Below are positions 51,962 to 60,373 of a DNA stretch of 64,000 nucleotides, piece by piece. The notes beneath the pieces were generated by a model. That model saw only the letters and a program-made list of their open reading frames with translations, ran no database searches and was not told the origin of the DNA. The position numbers and the translations under genes were made by a program. Origin of the DNA: a virus. Its lineage: Duplodnaviria > Caudoviricetes. The stretch covers positions 1 to 64,000 of the IMG/VR virus record IMGVR_UViG_3300037467_001267. One strand, 5' to 3'. How positions within the stretch are numbered: the stretch's first letter is position 1; every line of letters starts with the position of its first letter.

Positions 51962-52324
51962 ATGACTGCGGCTCGCAAGAAGAATACCCTGAACCGGCTC
52001 CAGACCCGACAGCTGGAGGATTGGCTCGTCGCCCATCGGGAAGATCTGGAGTCCGGCAAGATGGGTGCCCGTCATGAGATCGCTGCCGCCGCCCAGCGGG
52101 AGTTGAAGTTCATGATCACCGACGGCAACGTTACGGGCTCTGGTGACGTCATGGGAATCAAGTGGCCGCCACGGGCGAAGATGTCGAGTCCGATTCGCAC
52201 GGGGCGACGGTGGAAGATCATCACCCAGGAACTAAACGCCCTCATGAAGACCTTGGGTCATGTCCCGAGTCCGGCGTTCCAAGCCTTGGTCGAAGAGGCG
52301 GAGACGATCGAGGAGGTGGCGTGA
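51962..52324 (+). CDS. Hypothetical protein
   Basis: Preceded by ATAGGAGATAG. Confidence 0.6.
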   Translation: MTAARKKNTLNRLQTRQLEDWLVAHREDLESGKMGARHEIAAAAQRELKFMITDGNVTGSGDVMGIKWPPRAKMSSPIRTGRRWKIITQELNALMKTLGHVPSPAFQALVEEAETIEEVA

Positions 52325-52560
52325 TGTGGACCAAAGCCCAGGACGTGCCTAAAGAGTCCGCCGACGCTGTGCTGGATCGGTTCGACAAGTCGGAGCCCGC
52401 GATTCAGCGGATGATCACCCTACAGTACGTGCTCGACGCGACCAACCGGCTGGAGTACATCGAGTACCTCCACGAATTCATCAAGAGGTTCGTGAATACC
52501 GATGTGGTCAAACCCGAGCCGTACGCGGCTTGGAGGGAAAGGACGAACCGCGATGGCTAA
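52324..52560 (+). CDS. Hypothetical protein
   Basis: ATG overlapping upstream stop; GGAGG RBS. Confidence 0.5.
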   Translation: MWTKAQDVPKESADAVLDRFDKSEPAIQRMITLQYVLDATNRLEYIEYLHEFIKRFVNTDVVKPEPYAAWRERTNRDG

Positions 52561-53137
52561 GACAACCCTACATCCACCCCACGACGCCGTCAAGCGGTTC
52601 CAAGCAGCGTACGACGCCATCGTGTCCCTCCACCGCCGCTTCTACGACTACATGGCGGAGATGGACCGAGTTCTCAAGTCGGGAGTCCTCGACAAACAGG
52701 ACTTGTGCGACGTGGGCTTCCTGTTCCGACAGTGTCGGGATCAACTCGACGATTGGAGGAAAGACGCTCAGGCACGGATGGAGTTCGTCAACAACGTCCT
52801 GGGCGAGAAGATGACCCAGGAGGTCGCCGCCAACCCCGACAAGGCCAGCGACAAGGTCGAGGGGTCGATGGCGAACGGCTCGCTGGAGGTCGTTTACCGC
52901 GGTGCCCCGCCCGCCGTCGGCACTCCGGAGTTCGAAGCGTTCGCGAAGTGGGCGGGCATCCAGGACACGAAGCAGTTCACGGCGGGGCTGATGAAGGTCT
53001 CCTGGACGGAAATGGAGAAGCTGCTGACGGAGTGCATGGAGGCCGGTCTGCCCCTCCCGCCGCATATGAAAACTTGGCCGGTCTTCAACGTGAAGTACCG
53101 CAAGAAAACGTCGCGTGCTACCGACGACGTAAAATAG
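52553..53137 (+). CDS. Conserved replication-module protein
   Basis: DLCDVGFLFR..LDDWRK; sits just upstream of the SSB-like gene. Confidence 0.6.
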   Translation: MAKTTLHPPHDAVKRFQAAYDAIVSLHRRFYDYMAEMDRVLKSGVLDKQDLCDVGFLFRQCRDQLDDWRKDAQARMEFVNNVLGEKMTQEVAANPDKASDKVEGSMANGSLEVVYRGAPPAVGTPEFEAFAKWAGIQDTKQFTAGLMKVSWTEMEKLLTECMEAGLPLPPHMKTWPVFNVKYRKKTSRATDDVK

Positions 53138-53172
53138 TTCGGTGGCCTGAACCTTTTTGAAGGAGCCATATC

Positions 53173-54030
53173 ATGGCTAAGAATCGTATGGATAAGCCCA
53201 CGGGCATGATCAAGGTCGAGGGCGTGAGCGGGGGCTTCCTCGCCACGATCGCGGGCCAAGACACCTCGCTGGCGTCCATGCAGGCGCACGTGATCGTGCC
53301 GCGGCTGAAGGTCATCCAGTCGATGACCGACAAGGACTTGAAGGCGAAGGTGGGCGGGGAGGGTACGGTGTGCATCCGCCCCGGCGACGAGGTGGTCGCG
53401 GCCCTGGAGGAGCCCTTCCTGTTCCAGCCCCGTTTCTTCTACAGCGAATACGCCACCTGGGCGGATCGGAAGGACAACGAGTCCTCCCGCATCATCGGGC
53501 GGAGCTTCGACCCCCAGAGCGAGATCGCCAAGAAGGCGGCGGACGCCAAGCGGCGTAAAGAGATGTACCCCGACCAGGAGAAGAAGCCCGAGGACAAGCG
53601 GCTGTACTACAGCCACGTCCATCACTTCTGCTGGTTCGGCGTCATCTACGGCGAGCACCCGCTGGCCGGCAACGAAGTCGTGCTGTCGATGGAGCGGGGC
53701 GAGTTCGGCCAGGGCCGGCAGTTCATCACCGCGATCTCCATGCGGAAGTTCCAGCCCGAAGGTGCCGACAAGAAGGTGCCCGTGCCGCTCTGGGCGCAGG
53801 TCTGGCAGCTCACGTCCAACTCCCGCACCCGCAACGGCAACACCTGGTACGGGTTTGACTTCAAGGCCCCGGAGGGCCACCCCGGGATCATTCGGGACGA
53901 CGAGGTGGAGCACGCCCAGTCCGAATACGCCCGGCTGGCGCAGCTCCATGAGGAGCGTCGGCTCCAGGTCGATCACGCCGAGGGCGACGAGACGGACGCT
54001 GGCGAGGCGTCCACGACCAAGTTCGCCTGA
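53173..54030 (+). CDS. Putative single-stranded DNA-binding/annealing protein
   Basis: IVPRLKVIQSM, aromatic-rich OB-like core, GNTWYGFDF, acidic C-tail; position before primase. Confidence 0.6.
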   Translation: MAKNRMDKPTGMIKVEGVSGGFLATIAGQDTSLASMQAHVIVPRLKVIQSMTDKDLKAKVGGEGTVCIRPGDEVVAALEEPFLFQPRFFYSEYATWADRKDNESSRIIGRSFDPQSEIAKKAADAKRRKEMYPDQEKKPEDKRLYYSHVHHFCWFGVIYGEHPLAGNEVVLSMERGEFGQGRQFITAISMRKFQPEGADKKVPVPLWAQVWQLTSNSRTRNGNTWYGFDFKAPEGHPGIIRDDEVEHAQSEYARLAQLHEERRLQVDHAEGDETDAGEASTTKFA

Positions 54031-54058
54031 TAGAAGCTAGTAACATCGTAGTGTCCCT

Positions 54059-54093
54059 GTCGTGACGGCGGCAAACCGTCACGGCGGTTTGTT
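54059..54093 (+). terminator. Terminator-like hairpin after SSB gene
   Basis: GTCGTGACGG/CCGTCACGGC stem followed by GGTTTGTT. Confidence 0.45.
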
Positions 54094-54140
54094 ACGCCAA
54101 CACGGGCAACGTTGGCGGCTAACTATCTAGGAGTTGTGGC

Positions 54141-57038
54141 GTGACCAAAGGTAAGACGAGTCTGCCGATCGAACGGATTAACGCTCTGGCGGAGCTGGAG
54201 CGTTGGGATTGGAAGTATGAGCCGCTCGGCAACAACGAAGTCAAGATCTGCTGTCCCGTCCATGAGGACAAGTCCCCGTCGGTCAACCTCGACGTGGAGC
54301 AGAACCTTTGGAAGTGCCACGTATGCCCGGCCCGGGGCGACATCGTCTCGCTGATCGCGGCCATCGCCACCCGAACGTCGGGCAAGCAGATCGACCGCTC
54401 CACGGTCATCAACGATCTGGGGTCTCGGTACGACCTGGAATCGATCAAGGTGCTCTCCCAGGACGTGGTCGAGAAGCATCACCAGGCCGTCTGGGAGGCG
54501 GGGCCGCTCCTCCAGGCCCTGTACGACCGCGGCGTAACCGACGCCGACATCCGCGAGGCACGGCTGGGGTACTGGGAGGGCCGCATCTCCATCCCCGTCT
54601 ACGACGAGCATTGGAACGTCGTGAACATCCGGCGGTATCTCCCCGGGGCTCCCGGCCCCGAGAAGATGCGGAACATGAAGGGGTACGGGCGACCCGCCCG
54701 GATGTACCAGATCGCCGATCTGAAGTACGAGAAGGTCTGGCTATGCGGCGGGGAGTTGAAGGCCCGCGTCGTCAAGCGACTCCTCAACCCGCATGGGGTC
54801 GGGGCCGTGGCCCTGACGGAGGGCGAGGGTAACTGGGAGCATAAATACTCCCAGAAGTTCAAGGACAAAGTCGTCTACATCTGCTACGACATTGACGCTG
54901 TGGGCTTCCATAACAGCCGCAAGGTCGCGGGGTACATCGCCCGGTTCGCCAAGGCGGTCTTGCTTATCCGGCTGCCGCTCGACCCCGGGAAGTACCCCAA
55001 GGGCGACGTCAACGACTACGTGGGCCAGGAGCACGCGACGGACGCCGACCTGCTCCGCCTGATGGCGGAGGCGACGGAGTTCATCCCCGACGACCCGACT
55101 ACTCCGGAGGACACGTCGAGCGTCCGCAAGGTCAAGCTCGTGGACGCGACCCGTCCGGAGAACGTCGGCCATCGGCTGGAGATGGACGGCACGGTGAACG
55201 CGATGGAGGAGACCCCGTACCTCATCCCGCGAACGATCGGCTGCGCTTGCGACCGCAACCAGCCCGAGTGTACGCGGTGCCCGGTGCTCCCGCAAGACCC
55301 GCACCCCGACACCGGCAAGGTCGTGCTGAAGATCCGCGGCACGTCGATGGGGATGCTGAACATGGTCGGCTCGCCCGAGAAGCTCCAGCGGGAGAGCATC
55401 CGCGAGTCGCTGGGAATCCCGACATGTAAGAGCGTGACGTTCACCGTCCAGGACCACTTCAACGTCTGGGACGTTCGGCTCTCACCGCAGCTGACGATCA
55501 GCGGGAGCAACGCCGACAACGTCAACATGCCGGCCCTGGTCGTGTCCGAAGAGATCGACCTGAACGTGCCGTACGTCCTCCAGGGCAGGATCTACCCGCA
55601 CCCCAAGAACCAGCAGGCCGTCCTGGTCATCGACGAAGTCAAGCAGGCGGAGGACTCGCTGAATTCCTTCACGCCGACGGCCAGCGAGCTGGAGACGCTC
55701 AAAGTCTTCCAGCCCGCCGAGTGGACGACCAAGGGGATCAAAGAGAAGCTGGACGACTTCTATGCGGACATCGAGTTCAACGTCACGCGCATCTACCACC
55801 GGCGGAATCTACACGTCCTCATGGATCTCGTCTACCACTCCGCCCTGTACTTCTACTTTGACGGGCGGCTCCAGAACGGGTGGGTTAACGCTCTCGTGGC
55901 GGGAGACACTTCGCAAGGCAAGAGCGAGGCGACGACGCGCATTATGGGGCACTACGGTCTCGGTGAGCGAGTCGAGTGTAAGAACGCGACTGTCCCGGGC
56001 CTGCTCGGGGGTTTCGAGAACCTTGGTAACAAGATGTTCGTTAAGTGGGGTGCCGTCCCGACCCATGACCGCCGGTTTGTCGTGCTCGAAGAGGTCAACG
56101 GAGCCGCCGTCGAGGTCATCGGCAAGCTCACCGACATGCGAAGCTCCGGCATCGCGGAGCTACAGAAGGTCGGCGGTGTGCGACGGGCTCATGCTCGTAC
56201 AAGACAGCTATGGACGGGCAACTCCCGATCGAACCGCCGGGTAAGCCAGTTTAATTTCGGGGTGGAGCTGCTACAGGAGCTCATCGGCTCCGCCCAGGAC
56301 GTGCGGCGGTTCGACGTGGCGATGGTCGTGTCTAAGTCGGACGTAGACCCGAAAGAGATCAACAAAGCCCAGGAGGAGCGGCCCCGTGTGGAACATAAGT
56401 ACACTCCTGAGTTGTGTCGCCGCCGCGTGCTTTGGGCTTGGACTCGCAGCCCAGCTCAGGTTGTCTTCGACAAAGAGGCGGAGAGGGCGTGCCTGGCGGG
56501 AGCGGCAGACATGTGTGCGAAATACTCTGAGGAAATCCCCCTGGTGGACAAGGGTACGATGCGGTTTAAGATTGCTCGCCTGGCTGTTGCGTGCGCGGCC
56601 TGTACGTTCTCGACGGGCGACACGACGGAGAGCGTGAGGGTGCGGGAGTGCCACGTCGAGTTCGTGTCGAAATGGCTCGACAGAATCTACTCCGGTTCGA
56701 CCCTAGGCTACCACGACTTCTCTCGGGCCGTACAGTTCGCCCAACAGCTCAAAGATCCGGAGATCGTGGAGTCCCACATCCGTACGCAGAAGTTCCCGCG
56801 GGACTTCGTGGACAACCTCCTCCACTCGAAAGAGATCACCCTCAACGACATTATGGACTGGTGCGAGGTCGACAAGGACGCCGCCCAGAAGGTCTTGTCG
56901 GTTCTGGTGCGTAAGAATGCGATTTACCGCGATGGTCGCTTCTACGCCAAGACGCCGACATTCATCTCCCTACTCAAACACCTCCAGGCCAAGGGCGACC
57001 TGCCGGAGAACAACATCGCCAAGGACAAGTTCGCATGA
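54141..57038 (+). CDS. Primase-helicase: CHC2 zinc finger + TOPRIM + MCM-like AAA+ helicase
   Basis: CPVHED..WKCHVC; YDID and KGDVNDY; CAC..CTRC; NALVAGDTSQGKS, VVLEEVN, ARTRQLWTGN, VRRFD. Confidence 0.85.
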   Translation: MTKGKTSLPIERINALAELERWDWKYEPLGNNEVKICCPVHEDKSPSVNLDVEQNLWKCHVCPARGDIVSLIAAIATRTSGKQIDRSTVINDLGSRYDLESIKVLSQDVVEKHHQAVWEAGPLLQALYDRGVTDADIREARLGYWEGRISIPVYDEHWNVVNIRRYLPGAPGPEKMRNMKGYGRPARMYQIADLKYEKVWLCGGELKARVVKRLLNPHGVGAVALTEGEGNWEHKYSQKFKDKVVYICYDIDAVGFHNSRKVAGYIARFAKAVLLIRLPLDPGKYPKGDVNDYVGQEHATDADLLRLMAEATEFIPDDPTTPEDTSSVRKVKLVDATRPENVGHRLEMDGTVNAMEETPYLIPRTIGCACDRNQPECTRCPVLPQDPHPDTGKVVLKIRGTSMGMLNMVGSPEKLQRESIRESLGIPTCKSVTFTVQDHFNVWDVRLSPQLTISGSNADNVNMPALVVSEEIDLNVPYVLQGRIYPHPKNQQAVLVIDEVKQAEDSLNSFTPTASELETLKVFQPAEWTTKGIKEKLDDFYADIEFNVTRIYHRRNLHVLMDLVYHSALYFYFDGRLQNGWVNALVAGDTSQGKSEATTRIMGHYGLGERVECKNATVPGLLGGFENLGNKMFVKWGAVPTHDRRFVVLEEVNGAAVEVIGKLTDMRSSGIAELQKVGGVRRAHARTRQLWTGNSRSNRRVSQFNFGVELLQELIGSAQDVRRFDVAMVVSKSDVDPKEINKAQEERPRVEHKYTPELCRRRVLWAWTRSPAQVVFDKEAERACLAGAADMCAKYSEEIPLVDKGTMRFKIARLAVACAACTFSTGDTTESVRVRECHVEFVSKWLDRIYSGSTLGYHDFSRAVQFAQQLKDPEIVESHIRTQKFPRDFVDNLLHSKEITLNDIMDWCEVDKDAAQKVLSVLVRKNAIYRDGRFYAKTPTFISLLKHLQAKGDLPENNIAKDKFA

Positions 57039-57670
57039 TACACGATCTGGGATTGATGGTGCGGGCGTTCCATGAGAAATATGGATTCCCGCTGGACCGC
57101 AAGCTCTCCGACGAGCGTACGCAGAGCGACATGGCGCAAGGAACCTTCCAGACCTCGCAGGCTCTACGCGAGTTCGGTAAGCTCCTCGTGGAGCAGGCGG
57201 AAGCCTGGCGGGTGCCGGCCACCGCGATGCAGCATGACGGAGACGGGCGGCTGTACTCGATTATGATGATGGCGGAAGAGTTCGGAGAGTACGCCATCGC
57301 CATGGCGGAAAAGAACGAACTCAAGGCTGCGCACGAGCTGGCGGACTTAGCCTACACGGTCTACGGTCGTGGCGAGCAGTACAACGTACCGCTTACTGCC
57401 GTGTTCGTGGAGCTCCATAAGTCAAACATGACGAAAGAGAAGGTGGGTGAGCGGATGCGGACTCGCGACCAGCCGAACACGTACCTGCCGCCGGACATCC
57501 GTGCCGCGGTCGTGGCGGGGCGGATCGCCCGGCGGCGTAATGGTATGACCGTCGCGGGATACACCGACGTCCAGCCCCGCGAGAAGGACACGCTGCGGTT
57601 GGAGTGTACGTGTGGTGCATTGAAAGACCCTGGTCATGCCCCGAACTGCCCGCGTAATGGGCTCGATTAA
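57035..57670 (+). CDS. MazG/PRA-PH-like nucleoside triphosphate pyrophosphohydrolase
   Basis: VRAFHEKYG, MAEEFGE, HELADLAYTVYG, ELHKSNMTK. Confidence 0.82.
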   Translation: MIHDLGLMVRAFHEKYGFPLDRKLSDERTQSDMAQGTFQTSQALREFGKLLVEQAEAWRVPATAMQHDGDGRLYSIMMMAEEFGEYAIAMAEKNELKAAHELADLAYTVYGRGEQYNVPLTAVFVELHKSNMTKEKVGERMRTRDQPNTYLPPDIRAAVVAGRIARRRNGMTVAGYTDVQPREKDTLRLECTCGALKDPGHAPNCPRNGLD

Positions 57671-57681
57671 TAGGAGATAGC

Positions 57682-58677
57682 ATGAACACCTTCGACACGT
57701 TAGACGAACTCTGGCTCGACGCCGCCCACAAGCTCTTGGGCGAGGGCGAGGGCATCGCCAGCCGCGACGGCGGGGTGGCCCGCGAAGTCCTGGGCTACTC
57801 AGCGAGGCTCGCTGATCCGCGTGCGTGCTTTCTGTTCAACCCCGTACGGGCCATCAGCCCCAGCTACGCCGCGGCGGAGCTGCTCTGGTACCTGTCGGGC
57901 ACGAGCAATACGACCGGCCTCCAGGAGTACGCCCCGCAGTACAAGCGGTTCACGGAGGACGGCGTCCACGCGTACGGTGCCTACGGGCATCGGATCTGGG
58001 CCACCCACGAAGTGCTCGCGACCGGCATCGACTTTCAGGGCGACCATTTGCGGCCGCTCTTCACCGACCCCTGGCGACCGGCCGGCCAGCTGGAGATGTT
58101 GATGGCCCTCCTGTCGAAGCTCCCCGAGACCCGGCAGGCGGTCGTCTCGCTGTGGAGGCCGCACGACATCACTTGCGCCCTCCAGCAGAACAAGAAGGAT
58201 CTGCCCTGTACGCTCTCCCTGCAGTTCCTACTCCGCAACGGGAAGCTCAACCTGATCGTCACGATGCGGAGCAACGACATCTGGCTGGGCCTGCCGTATG
58301 ACGCCTGGTCGTGGTGCTCGATCCAGCAGCTCGTCGCCACGGCCCTGGGCGTGGAACTCGGCTGGTACCAGCACCAGGCCGGGTCGATGCACGTCTACGA
58401 GCGGAACTACGAGAAGTTCCAGCAGGCGGCGTGGGTGGACAACTTCTCGACGGGGTCGATCGAGTACACCCCATTCTACCGCTGGAACAGCGAGATCCGC
58501 ACCGCGTTGAACGTCGAGCAGGTCATCCGTGAGCGGAAGTCCCTATGTATGCTGGACCGTCCGTTCAAACAGACCCTGCTCGGCCAGACGTGTGTGATGG
58601 CGGCAACGAAATGGGACAAGCTGGCTTGGGAGCATATCGAGAACAAGACCCTTTCGAGGTACTGCGAATGTTTATAA
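57682..58677 (+). CDS. Thymidylate-synthase homologue, predicted dCMP (hydroxy)methylase type
   Basis: AELLWYLSG, GAYG.R, TRQAVVSLW, DLPCT (catalytic Cys), MRSNDIWLGLPYD (Asp at the specificity position), AGSMHVYE. Confidence 0.88.
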   Translation: MNTFDTLDELWLDAAHKLLGEGEGIASRDGGVAREVLGYSARLADPRACFLFNPVRAISPSYAAAELLWYLSGTSNTTGLQEYAPQYKRFTEDGVHAYGAYGHRIWATHEVLATGIDFQGDHLRPLFTDPWRPAGQLEMLMALLSKLPETRQAVVSLWRPHDITCALQQNKKDLPCTLSLQFLLRNGKLNLIVTMRSNDIWLGLPYDAWSWCSIQQLVATALGVELGWYQHQAGSMHVYERNYEKFQQAAWVDNFSTGSIEYTPFYRWNSEIRTALNVEQVIRERKSLCMLDRPFKQTLLGQTCVMAATKWDKLAWEHIENKTLSRYCECL

Positions 58678-59204
58678 TCGAAGGTGCCGACCATCTCGGC
58701 AAGACGCACGCGGCGAAGCGTATGGTGGAGCTGGCCGAACCCCGGTATCCCGTGCGGTACCAGCATATGTCGAGGCAGAACGCCGCGTTCAACTACGGCA
58801 GCGACTACCTCGACCTGCTGTCGAAGTACGCCGTCCAGGATCGCTTCCATCTGGGTGCCCTCGTCTACCACGAGCCCGGCACGCTCACGACGGACAACCT
58901 GTTGACCGTCAAGCGGTGGCTCAAGGATGTGGGCTCGATGGTCGTGATCTTCTACGCCAGCGACGAGCGGGCTTACGAGAAGTCGCTGCGGGAGGAAGGC
59001 AAGGCTGAGATGTTCTCGGTCGAGAAGATCCTGGAGGCCAACGAGAAGTTCCGCAAGCTTACCTATGAGGGAGTCTGCGACTTCTCCTACGACGTGACTA
59101 TGTCGGGCTGGGTGTCGGACGGGCAGCTCAAGACGTGGCTCGGCTGGTGGTACTCGCGGATGGACGGATGTGCGAACACGCGGCGGAACTACATGGCGAG
59201 GTAA
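58668..59204 (+). CDS. Deoxynucleotide monophosphate kinase (P-loop)
   Basis: FIIEGADHLGKT, VQDRFHLGALVY. Confidence 0.8.
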   Translation: MFIIEGADHLGKTHAAKRMVELAEPRYPVRYQHMSRQNAAFNYGSDYLDLLSKYAVQDRFHLGALVYHEPGTLTTDNLLTVKRWLKDVGSMVVIFYASDERAYEKSLREEGKAEMFSVEKILEANEKFRKLTYEGVCDFSYDVTMSGWVSDGQLKTWLGWWYSRMDGCANTRRNYMAR

Positions 59205-59205
59205 C

Positions 59206-59700
59206 ATGCACTTCGGAACAGCACAAGCTATGGAACGGCGATTCCGCGACCTGATGGGTAACCTCCATCGCTGGGCGGAGTCGATGGCGTGCGGTTGTAA
59301 GCGGAAGCAAGTCGGGTTCGCCCTCGTGGCGATCGGCCCCGACGGACATTTCCGCGAGATCTGCCGGGCCCATAACGGCCCGTCGGCTGCGGGGCACGAG
59401 TGCTCCAACGTCGTGGGCGGCTGCGGATGCGGACACAGCGAGCCCCGCCTCATGATGGCGGCGATGCGTGCGGGGTACACCGCCCCGCAATGGATCGACA
59501 AGCTCGTCGTCGTCGGCACGTACTCGCCCTGCTCGTTCTGTGCGAACGCGATCGTGGACGCGAAGATCGCACACGTCTGCGTGTACGACATCCTGACCGA
59601 GCACGACACGCGGGGCGTTGAGATTCTCAATCGGGGATTGCCTAAGGGTGCGGTCAGCATCGCTGACCTGAAGTATGAGGAGATCGAGTCATGGGCGTAG
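59206..59700 (+). CDS. dCMP deaminase-like zinc deaminase
   Basis: CKRKQVG, HNGP, GHSE (HxE), SPCSFC (PCxxC). Confidence 0.85.
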   Translation: MHFGTAQAMERRFRDLMGNLHRWAESMACGCKRKQVGFALVAIGPDGHFREICRAHNGPSAAGHECSNVVGGCGCGHSEPRLMMAAMRAGYTAPQWIDKLVVVGTYSPCSFCANAIVDAKIAHVCVYDILTEHDTRGVEILNRGLPKGAVSIADLKYEEIESWA

Positions 59701-60110
59701 AGAGACCGCAAGTCAACCTGGAGATGGACCGCGTCGTGTGCGGGATCCACGGCGAGCCGTTCCGTGCGAAGTGGCCGGAAGGATACCCGACCTTCGCCGT
59801 CGAAGTCTTCCACGCCGTCGCTCAGACGGGCGTGTTCTCGGATGTGGGTGAGTTCAAAATCAACCGCATGCTGAAGACCAAGCCGCTCTGCTGCCGGCTG
59901 AAGGAAATCGACCCGGCCAAGCTCGTGGAGCTGTACGCCCGAACGCCGATGGCGGTGACGGCGGTGTGCTCGCGGTGCGCCCTCCTCAAGCCGGGTGCCC
60001 CGTACAAGTACAACGACCCGCGATCGAACTACGGGCACCTCACCCTGACGCACCTGTGCTTCGAGTGCGTCGTGTACCGGCTGGTCGCGGCCCCGGGGCG
60101 GAGTAACTGA
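59691..60110 (+). CDS. Cys-rich hypothetical protein
   Basis: CGIH, LCC, CSRC, HLCFEC. Confidence 0.55.
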   Translation: MGVERPQVNLEMDRVVCGIHGEPFRAKWPEGYPTFAVEVFHAVAQTGVFSDVGEFKINRMLKTKPLCCRLKEIDPAKLVELYARTPMAVTAVCSRCALLKPGAPYKYNDPRSNYGHLTLTHLCFECVVYRLVAAPGRSN

Positions 60111-60373
60111 TGTGGATCACCAAGTCGCCCCTCGACTGTCCGTACTGCGGCCACGTCCATGCCGGGCTCAAGCAGGCGTCGTCGGCGTCCGGCTCGCTGG
60201 TCGAGGGTGCGACGGTGATCTGTCCGAGCTGTGCAGGCATCGTCCGATGGGACGGGCAGAAGCTCGCCCTACTCACCAAAGAGCAGAAGGCGGCGATGGA
60301 CTTCCATCCCCAGCGAGCGGAGATGGAAGCGTACGTCGCGGCGATCGTGAAGAAGAGAGGTTTGTACGGATGA
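60110..60373 (+). CDS. Zn-ribbon protein
   Basis: CPYC..CPSC. Confidence 0.6.
   Translation: MWITKSPLDCPYCGHVHAGLKQASSASGSLVEGATVICPSCAGIVRWDGQKLALLTKEQKAAMDFHPQRAEMEAYVAAIVKKRGLYG

Noticed and set aside
57682-58677. Plain thymidylate synthase (thyA) call
   Set aside because: Asp rather than Asn at the specificity position and RSND motif point to a dCMP-modifying enzyme
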